From Minisyncoccota bacterium (GTDB lineage Bacteria > Patescibacteriota > Minisyncoccia > Minisyncoccales > JAQTPW01), in assembly GCA_028712565.1 (NCBI GenBank), contig JAQTPW010000005.1:1-59884 (forward strand): DNA of 59,884 nt. Direction: 5' to 3'. Both the position numbers and the translations under genes were made by a program. The notes beneath the pieces are model-generated. The model was not told the DNA's origin. It made no database searches and saw only the letters and a program-made list of their open reading frames with translations. Below are positions 7,934-14,540 of the stretch, piece by piece (position 1 is the stretch's first letter; the number at the start of each line of letters is the position of its first letter).

Positions 7934-8950
7934 ATGATCATCGAAATGCAAAAAGGCGCAACAGAAAAAGACATTAGGCAGGTAGTTAAACGAGTTAAGG
8001 AAAATGGATTCGATATCCAAATGAATCAAGGCAAAGAAAAAACAATTGTCGCCGTTCTTGGAAGTGGGACAGAAAGTATTGAGACCCAGATTTTTGAAGT
8101 TCTGCCCGGAGTAGAAAAAGTAATCAGGATTATGAAGCCGTACAAGCTGGCTTCCCGGGATTTCGAAAAAGAAAACACGATTGTGGAGGTGGGTAATGTT
8201 AAAATTGGAGGAAATGCAGTCGTAATAATGGCAGGTCCCTGTTCGGTAGAAAGCAAAGAACAAATTATTTCCTGCGCAAAAATAGGAAAGTCATTGGGGG
8301 CAAAGATATTAAGAGGCGGCGCTTTCAAGCCGCGAACTTCCCCATTTGCCTTTCAGGGATTAAAAGAAGAAGGGCTTAAATTATTGGCAAAAGCCAAAGA
8401 AGAAACCGGATTGCTGATTATTACCGAGATAGTGGCTCCAGAAGATGTGCCGTTGGTCGCAGAATATTCCGATATTCTTCAAATCGGAACAAGAAATATG
8501 CAAAATTACCGGCTTCTTGAAGCGGCTGGAAAATCTGGAAAGCCAGTTCTTTTGAAAAGAGGATTTTCTGCGACTCTGGAGGAATGGCTTACTGCGGCTG
8601 ATTATTTATTAAGGGAGAATAACCCGAACGTAATTTTATGCGAGAGAGGCATAAGGACATTCAGCAATTCAACCCGTTTTACCTTAGATTTGGGAATAGT
8701 GCCGGTCGTGAAAAAATATACGCATTTGCCGATTATTGTTGATCCCAGCCACGCCGCCGGGCATTGGGAATACGTTCCCTCTCTTTCAAAAGCTGCAATT
8801 GCAGCCGGCGCAGACGGAATTTTAATAGAGATTCATCCGCAGCCCAAAAAAGCTCTTTCTGACGGACCCCAATCGTTAACTTTTTCAGATTTTTCCCGAT
8901 TAATGGCAGAACTTAAACTTCTTGCAAAGGCGGTGGGGCGGGAGATCTGA
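7934..8950 (+). CDS. aroF: 3-deoxy-7-phosphoheptulonate (DAHP) synthase, type I-beta, with N-terminal ferredoxin-like regulatory domain
   Basis: AGGAGG at 7921-7926. At 338 aa it is collinear with the Thermotoga-type enzyme as I recall it (GPCSVES, LRGGAFKPRTSPxxFQG, IQIGxRNxQN, PVLLKRG, VDPSH). An extra ~65-aa N-terminal domain is present. Confidence 0.9.
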   Translation: MIIEMQKGATEKDIRQVVKRVKENGFDIQMNQGKEKTIVAVLGSGTESIETQIFEVLPGVEKVIRIMKPYKLASRDFEKENTIVEVGNVKIGGNAVVIMAGPCSVESKEQIISCAKIGKSLGAKILRGGAFKPRTSPFAFQGLKEEGLKLLAKAKEETGLLIITEIVAPEDVPLVAEYSDILQIGTRNMQNYRLLEAAGKSGKPVLLKRGFSATLEEWLTAADYLLRENNPNVILCERGIRTFSNSTRFTLDLGIVPVVKKYTHLPIIVDPSHAAGHWEYVPSLSKAAIAAGADGILIEIHPQPKKALSDGPQSLTFSDFSRLMAELKLLAKAVGREI

Positions 8951-8992
8951 ATGCGAGAAAAGCAATATCCGCATAAAAGCGGAATTGCAAAT

Positions 8993-9018
8993 GCGGCTTC
9001 AGCTTGAAGCCGCTTTTT
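8993..9018 (+). terminator. intrinsic terminator
   Basis: GCGGCTTCA (8993-9001) pairs with TGAAGCCGC (9005-9013) and is followed by TTTTT. Confidence 0.85.
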
Positions 9019-9111
9019 AATTGGTTTTCTTGCGGTTATGAACCTTGGATTCTTAATTATTATCTGTTTGGGTTAGTTTGATAATAGATTCCCGAAACAA
9101 AAATAATGCAG

Positions 9112-9240
9112 GCGTTCGGAAAAATGATTTTCGGTACACGCTCTGCGCCCCTGCGAGGCGCAGGCTCAATTCCCTCGGCAAATTTTCCGCCTTGGGCGGA
9201 AGCCATGCAATTTGCCTGCGGATGGAACCGAAAATCATTT
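9112..9240. repeat. GC-rich structured repeat, copy A
   Basis: A 13-bp closing stem (9112-9124 with 9228-9240) encloses a core whose 77 nt (9131-9207) are identical to 13154-13230. Internal hairpins are CTGCGC/GCGCAG, GGCAAATT/AATTTGCC and TTCCGCC-TTG-GGCGGAA. Confidence 0.85.
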
Positions 9241-9395
9241 CCCCCTCACTAAAAAAAAGCACAACGCGGAATTTACCATGAAAACTTTATTGCCTCGCTT
9301 AAAAATATGTAAGATACTTTGTTGAAAATTTAATTTATTTTTCATAGAAATTATGGTATAAAAAAGAATAATCTAAGAATTCAAAACAGATTAGC

Positions 9396-9507
9396 CCCGT
9401 AGTAGAACCTGAGGGTTCACTACGGGACAGGCCCCGTAATACATCTTCGACTCGCTTCGCGATTACCCCCGCTTATGAAGCGGGAAGTCGAAGATGCTAT
9501 ACGGGGC
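9396..9507 (+). other. GC-rich nested hairpin island (candidate structured leader or small RNA)
   Basis: H1 (9396-9426) has a 13-bp stem with one bulge. H2 (9431-9507) has 8 bp + 11 bp outer helices (GCCCCGTA/TACGGGGC and CATCTTCGACT/AGTCGAAGATG) and an inner CCCGCTT-ATG-AAGCGGG hairpin. Confidence 0.45.
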
Positions 9508-9523
9508 ACGCGCTCTAAGCAAA

Positions 9524-9550
9524 TTAGCACTCGCAGGTCTTGACTGCTAA
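9524..9550 (+). promoter_or_regulatory. CIRCE (HrcA operator)-like inverted repeat
   Basis: The sequence TTAGCACTC-gcaggtctt-GACTGCTAA compares with the consensus TTAGCACTC-N9-GAGTGCTAA, giving 17 of 18 matches with an exact 9-nt spacer. Confidence 0.75.
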
Positions 9551-9567
9551 TTTCAATATGATAGAAT
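9540..9567 (+). promoter_or_regulatory. sigma70-like promoter of clpB overlapping CIRCE
   Basis: TTGACT at 9540-9545, a 16-nt spacer, TG at 9559-9560, and TAGAAT at 9562-9567. Confidence 0.6.
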
Positions 9568-9596
9568 GAAAGGGTAATTAAAATATATTTATTCCA

Positions 9597-12302
9597 ATGA
9601 ACGGCGCAGGTAATTTTACACATAAAGCTCAAGAAGCAATTTTAGCGGCCCAAGATTTGGCAAGAGGAAAAAACCAGCAGCAAATTGATGCTCTCCATTT
9701 GCTTTATTCGCTTTTGGAGCAAGAAGAAAGCGTTGTTTTGAATTTACTCCAAAGAATCGGGGCTGATGTTGAGGGTTTAAAAAGAAAGACAGTTATATCT
9801 TTAGATCGGCTTCCAATTATTGCCGCGCCTCAAGCGTTCGGCCAGTTTTATTTAACCCAGGATATGGCAAAAGTTTTGGACAGGGCAAGGCAGGAATCAA
9901 TGAAAATGGGAGACGAATATATTTCCATTGAGCATTTGTTTTTGGCTCTTTTGGATACAGATACCAAAGCCAAAGAAGTTTTGGATAAAACTGCTTTTTT
10001 GCAGCCGGGAGGCGGGGCAGCTTCATTGGAATTTGGGAAATTGGATTACAATACATTTTTAAAGCAATTGGCGGAAATCAGGGGCGGCCAAAAAATCACA
10101 GATCCAGAACCCGAATCAAAATATCAGGTGGTTGAAAAATACGCCAGAAATTTAACCACTCAGGCAAGACAAGGGAAATTAGATCCGGTAATTGGCAGAG
10201 AAAATGAAATCAGGAGATTAATGCAGGTTTTATCCAGAAGGACAAAAAATAACCCGGTTTTAATTGGAGAGGCGGGAGTCGGGAAAACAGCGATTGTTGA
10301 AGGTTTGGCCCAGAAAATTGTTTCTGGCGACGTTCCGGAAAGCTTGAAAGACAAAGAAATAATTGGTTTGGATTTGGGTTCTTTGATTGCCGGAACAAAA
10401 TACAGAGGGGAATTTGAAGACAGAGTAAAGGCACTTTTGAAAGAAATAAACAGAGCCGGAGGAAGGTATTTGTTATTTATTGACGAGCTTCACACTTTAG
10501 TGGGAGCCGGCGCCGCCGAGGGCGCAATAGATGCCTCAAACTTGTTAAAGCCGGCTTTGGCAAGAGGAGAATTAAGAGCAATCGGAGCCACTACTTTAAA
10601 AGAATATCAAAAATATATAGAAAGAGATTCAGCGCTGGAAAGAAGATTCCAGCCGATTTATGTTGTAGAACCCACAATTGAAGATACGATTTCAATTTTA
10701 AGAGGAATTAAAGAAAAATATGAGTTGCATCACGGGGTAAGGATAAAAGATGCGGCATTGGTCGCTTGCGCGCAGTTAGCCGCAAGATATATTTCTGACA
10801 GGTTTTTGCCGGATAAAGCCGTGGATTTAATGGATGAGGCAATGAGTTCTTTAAGATTGGAAATTGAATCCCAGCCGCAAGAATTGGAGAATTTAAAAGA
10901 AGAAATCCAAAAATTGGAAATTGAAAATGAAGCCATTAAAAAAGAAAAATCTCCCCAGAGAAAAAAAGTAATTTTAAGGCAATTGGCAGATTTGAAAGAA
11001 AAAGCCAAAGGCCTTGAAGTCAAATGGCAGTCAGAAAGAGAAACTATAACTAAAATGCGAAATCTCAAAAAAGAAATTGAGGATGCTCGTTTTGAAGTAG
11101 AAAGAGGGGAGGCCCAAGGGGAGCTTCAAAAAGTGGCAGAAATAAAATACGGAAAAATGCCCCAGCTGCAAAAAGAATTAAAATCTGTTGAGAGAAAATT
11201 GGAGGTTTTCCAAAAAGCCAGGCCAATTTTAAAAGAGGAAGTTGCAGAGGAAGATGTAGCCAGAGTAGTTTCTAGATGGACAGGGATTCCGGTGATGAGA
11301 TTATTAGAAGGCGAAGCAAAAAAACTGGAAAACATGGAGGAGATTTTGGCAAAAAGAGTAGTGGGCCAAGAAGAAGCGATAAGGGCAATTTCAAACGCAA
11401 TCAGGAGATCCCGGGCAGGTATTTCAGAAGAAAACAGGCCCTTGGGTTCGTTTATGTTTTTGGGGCCTACCGGAGTTGGAAAAACGGAAACTGCTCGGGC
11501 TTTGGCTGAATTTTTATTTAACGATGCGAATTCGTTAGTCCGTCTGGATATGTCAGAATATATGGAAGAGCATACTGTTTCCAAAATGATTGGCTCTCCT
11601 CCGGGTTACGTTGGCTATGAAGAAGGTGGCCAGTTAACTGAAAAAATCAGGAGAAGGCCTTACAGTGTAATTCTATTTGATGAAATTGAAAAGGCTCATC
11701 CCAAAGTTTTTAATATCTTGCTTCAGATTTTGGAAGATGGAAGATTAACCGATGCCAAAGGCAGGACAGCTTCTTTTAAAAATGCGATTTTGATTATGAC
11801 TTCGAATATCGGGTCTGAATACATTGCTAAAATGGGGTCTTTGGGATTTCTGGGGCAAGAAGCAGGCGAGAAAAAAGAATCTTTAAAGGATAAAGTAATG
11901 GATTCCTTGAAGGAAAACTTTAGGCCCGAATTTCTAAACAGAATTGATGAAATAATTATTTTTAACTATTTAGGAAGGCAGGAAATAAAACAAATTGTTG
12001 ATTTGGAGCTTCAGAAAGTGGCAAGCCGGCTTTTGGAAAAAAGGATTGAGATAAAGGTGGCGGATTCGGTTAAAGAATTTTTGGCAAAAGAAGGATTTGA
12101 CCAGAATTTGGGAGCAAGACCCTTGAAAAGAGTAATCCAGAGAGATGTTTTGGATCCTCTTTCTATGAAAATTGTAGCCGGCGAGGTAAACGAAGGGGAC
12201 AGATTGTTTATTGATTTGGAAGGGGACAAAATAAAATTTTCAACACAAAGAGATTTAATGGATTTGGGAAAACGGAAAGAAAAAGTGGGGTCGAAAACGT
12301 AG
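9597..12302 (+). CDS. clpB: ATP-dependent chaperone/disaggregase ClpB
   Basis: Clp N-domain, two AAA modules (GEAGVGKT and GPTGVGKT Walker A motifs), and the long coiled-coil middle domain between them, in 901 aa. Confidence 0.95.
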   Translation: MNGAGNFTHKAQEAILAAQDLARGKNQQQIDALHLLYSLLEQEESVVLNLLQRIGADVEGLKRKTVISLDRLPIIAAPQAFGQFYLTQDMAKVLDRARQESMKMGDEYISIEHLFLALLDTDTKAKEVLDKTAFLQPGGGAASLEFGKLDYNTFLKQLAEIRGGQKITDPEPESKYQVVEKYARNLTTQARQGKLDPVIGRENEIRRLMQVLSRRTKNNPVLIGEAGVGKTAIVEGLAQKIVSGDVPESLKDKEIIGLDLGSLIAGTKYRGEFEDRVKALLKEINRAGGRYLLFIDELHTLVGAGAAEGAIDASNLLKPALARGELRAIGATTLKEYQKYIERDSALERRFQPIYVVEPTIEDTISILRGIKEKYELHHGVRIKDAALVACAQLAARYISDRFLPDKAVDLMDEAMSSLRLEIESQPQELENLKEEIQKLEIENEAIKKEKSPQRKKVILRQLADLKEKAKGLEVKWQSERETITKMRNLKKEIEDARFEVERGEAQGELQKVAEIKYGKMPQLQKELKSVERKLEVFQKARPILKEEVAEEDVARVVSRWTGIPVMRLLEGEAKKLENMEEILAKRVVGQEEAIRAISNAIRRSRAGISEENRPLGSFMFLGPTGVGKTETARALAEFLFNDANSLVRLDMSEYMEEHTVSKMIGSPPGYVGYEEGGQLTEKIRRRPYSVILFDEIEKAHPKVFNILLQILEDGRLTDAKGRTASFKNAILIMTSNIGSEYIAKMGSLGFLGQEAGEKKESLKDKVMDSLKENFRPEFLNRIDEIIIFNYLGRQEIKQIVDLELQKVASRLLEKRIEIKVADSVKEFLAKEGFDQNLGARPLKRVIQRDVLDPLSMKIVAGEVNEGDRLFIDLEGDKIKFSTQRDLMDLGKRKEKVGSKT

Positions 12303-12361
12303 AATTTAGAATTTAGGATTTAGCCCTCCCTAGGCGGGTCCGCCCTGGGCGGAGACTTAGA

Positions 12362-13078
12362 ATGGGGAAAAACATACTGAAAATTGTCGGCATTTTTATC
12401 TTAGGGATAGCTGGCGGCATTTTTGCCGACCAGATTTTGTGGCCTTATTTAATTGAAAGGCCGCTTTTTTATAAATACAAATTGGAAAACGTTCCGGCTT
12501 TTGTGAATGAAACAAAAGAAATTACAATTCAGGAAAATACTGCTTTAGAAAATGCAGTTGAAAAAGTAGCGAAAATAGTAGTCGGGATAAAAACAAGAAC
12601 TGCAAACGGGAAAGTTTTTGAGGGTTCAGGATTAATTATTACTTCAGATGGTTTGGTTGTAACTCTGGCAGAATTGGTTCCGCAGGGTTCAAACTTCACT
12701 TTTTTTGTAGATGGCAAAGCCGTTTCTTTTCAGATTTTAAAAAGGGATCTAAAGCTAAATTTGGCTTTAATAAAAATTGATGAAAATAATTTGGGAACCT
12801 CAGGTTTTGCTGATTTGGAAAAAATAAAATTAGGAGAGAGGGTGTTTCTGGTCGGAGTTATTTTTGAAAATAATGTTCCACAAAAAATAGCAAACGAGGG
12901 TATTATAAAAAGTTTTGATCCAAGCATCATAGAAACAAACATCTTTGAAGAAAAAACCATTTTAGGAAGCCCTTTGTTTGATATTGAAGGAAACGCGTTG
13001 GGGTTGAACAAAATTGATTCAGAAGGAAAAGTTATTACCATTCCTATTTCAAAAATCAAATCATTTTGTGGACTTTAA
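12362..13078 (+). CDS. membrane-anchored trypsin-fold (HtrA/S1C-like) protein with degenerate catalytic triad and no PDZ domain
   Basis: GSGLIITSDGLVVTLAELV aligns with GSGFIIxxDGxILTNxHVV (His to Glu). LNLALIKI aligns with TDLAVLKI (Asp to Asn). IETNIFEEKTILGSPL aligns with IQTDAAINPGNSGGPL (Ser to Leu). Confidence 0.6.
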   Translation: MGKNILKIVGIFILGIAGGIFADQILWPYLIERPLFYKYKLENVPAFVNETKEITIQENTALENAVEKVAKIVVGIKTRTANGKVFEGSGLIITSDGLVVTLAELVPQGSNFTFFVDGKAVSFQILKRDLKLNLALIKIDENNLGTSGFADLEKIKLGERVFLVGVIFENNVPQKIANEGIIKSFDPSIIETNIFEEKTILGSPLFDIEGNALGLNKIDSEGKVITIPISKIKSFCGL

Positions 13079-13131
13079 TCTCAAAAGATGGCGGCGGAAG
13101 CCGTTTTTTGTTTGCATCTTGGTTTTCTCGG

Positions 13132-13254
13132 CAATTAGTTTTTCGGCACACGCCTCTGCGCCCCTGCGAGGCGCAGGCTCAATTCCCTCGGCAAATTTTC
13201 CGCCTTGGGCGGAAGCCATGCAATTTGCCTCGGATGGGTCCGAAAAACTAATTG
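13132..13254. repeat. GC-rich structured repeat, copy B
   Basis: A 15-bp closing stem (13132-13146 with 13240-13254) differs in sequence from copy A but is fully complementary. The core 13154-13230 is identical to 9131-9207. Confidence 0.85.
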
Positions 13255-13457
13255 TCTCGAATTATAATTGAAAATTCTGCGAAAGCTTGCCCCATATAAT
13301 CTCGCAGGATTTGTACGGGGTTACCATGAAAACTTTGTTGACTTGAAATTTTATATACCCGGTCAAAAACGCATTAGATTCTAATTTATTTGACTTTTTT
13401 GGGATTTTAACTAAAAAGAAAGTAGTTTCCTTGAAAAAAGAAAAAGGAGGTAGAGGC

Positions 13458-14309
13458 ATGGCGAAAGTTATTATAGTAACTGACAGCGCGGCTGATTTTG
13501 CCCCCGGCGTTTTGGAGGATTTGGACAATGTGCGGATGGTTCCGTTTACTGTAAGATTTGGCGAAGAAGAATATTTAGATAAGGTCACTTTATTTCAGGA
13601 TGAGTTTTTCGCCAAAATGAAAGCCAAAAAAGAAAAAAAATCAGAATATCCAAAAACTGCCCAGCCGTCGCCAGAAGCCTTTAAGAATGTTTTTGAAGAA
13701 AATGGCAAAAAAAGCAAAGAAATTATTTGTATCAATATTTCAAGCAAGGTAAGCGGTGCATATGATTCGGCTTTGCTTGCCGCAAAAAGTTTGCCGAATT
13801 TGGATATCAGGGTTGTTGATACTTTGTCGCTTCTGCTTTGCCAAGGGTTTTTAGTTGAGAAAGCGGCAAGAATGGCAAAGGATGGGGAGGGGTTAGAGAA
13901 GATAGTTAAAACAATAGAGGACCTTAAGCCAAAAATGAAAATGTTTGGGGTGGTGGGAACGTTAGATTATCTTTCTGAAGGAGGAAGAATCGGGCCGGCA
14001 AAACACTTTATTGGTTCTTTACTGAACGTCAAACCCATTTTGAAATTTGACGAGGGTAAAATTGCCGTGGCGGCAATAGCAAGAACCGAACAAAAAGCAA
14101 TGGAAAAAATGATTGAGCTTTTCAAAAAACAAGGCCAAATGAAGAGAGTTGGTGTTGTTCACGCCGACGCAAAAGAAAAAGCGCAGGAATTAGCAAAAAT
14201 GTTGGAAAAGTATTACAAGGATATAAAAATTTTTATTACCCAAACAGGGACAGCTTTAGGGACTCATTCAGGACCCGGATTTTTTGGTCCTTGTGGCCAG
14301 CTAGAATAG
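13458..14309 (+). CDS. DegV-family fatty-acid-binding protein
   Basis: Trimmed to the ATG at 13458, which follows AAGGAGG (13444-13450). The N-terminus KVIIVTDSAADF and overall layout are typical of DegV. Confidence 0.85.
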   Translation: MAKVIIVTDSAADFAPGVLEDLDNVRMVPFTVRFGEEEYLDKVTLFQDEFFAKMKAKKEKKSEYPKTAQPSPEAFKNVFEENGKKSKEIICINISSKVSGAYDSALLAAKSLPNLDIRVVDTLSLLLCQGFLVEKAARMAKDGEGLEKIVKTIEDLKPKMKMFGVVGTLDYLSEGGRIGPAKHFIGSLLNVKPILKFDEGKIAVAAIARTEQKAMEKMIELFKKQGQMKRVGVVHADAKEKAQELAKMLEKYYKDIKIFITQTGTALGTHSGPGFFGPCGQLE

Positions 14310-14319
14310 GAGGTGAAGC

Positions 14320-14451
14320 ATGGAATGGTTGAGATTAATAATAAGTATTATAGTCGCAATAGTAATAATATATTTTGTATTTTGCTGGGTAATTTCATAT
14401 CTTGTAAGTCGTCTTCCAAATAAGATTATAAAAGAGATTCAAAAACACTAA
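14320..14451 (+). CDS. 43-aa single-TM small protein (not in ORF track)
   Basis: GGAGGTG at 14309-14315 lies 4 nt before the ATG. The product is MEWLRLIISIIVAIVIIYFVFCWVISYLVSRLPNKIIKEIQKH. A terminator lies 25 nt downstream. Confidence 0.5.
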   Translation: MEWLRLIISIIVAIVIIYFVFCWVISYLVSRLPNKIIKEIQKH

Positions 14452-14477
14452 GCAGGATTTTATTATGTATTTTATCT

Positions 14478-14505
14478 AAAAGGCGGAATTTTTCCGCCTT
14501 TTTTG
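14478..14505 (+). terminator. intrinsic terminator
   Basis: AAAAGGCGGA pairs with TCCGCCTTTT around a 5-nt loop, followed by a T-run. Confidence 0.85.
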
Positions 14506-14534
14506 TTGCGTTTTAGGGGTGGAATTTATAGAAT
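14506..14534 (+). promoter_or_regulatory. promoter TTGCGT-17-TAGAAT positioned for a leaderless transcript
   Basis: -35 at 14506-14511 and -10 at 14529-14534. The ATG at 14541 is 7 nt after the -10 and has no SD. Confidence 0.4.
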
Positions 14535-14540
14535 AAAAAA

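Noticed and set aside
7753-8328. Minus-strand ORFs 7753-7974, 7814-8263 and 8026-8328
   Set aside because: They overlap the attenuator and the well-supported DAHP synthase gene on the opposite strand, so they are judged spurious.
9053-9281. ORFs 9053-9262 (-) and 9078-9281 (+) across repeat copy A, and ORFs 13014-13271 and 13066-13251 across copy B
   Set aside because: The identical 77-nt core is read in different frames at the two loci and there are no SDs. The conservation is at the nucleotide and structure level, not the protein level.
9420-9632. 70-aa minus-strand ORF
   Set aside because: It runs through the hairpin island, the CIRCE site and the clpB start, and was judged an artefact of the GC-rich palindromes.
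9817-12229. Multiple minus-strand and alternative-frame ORFs inside clpB
   Set aside because: clpB is unambiguous over its whole length, so the internal ORFs are chance open frames.
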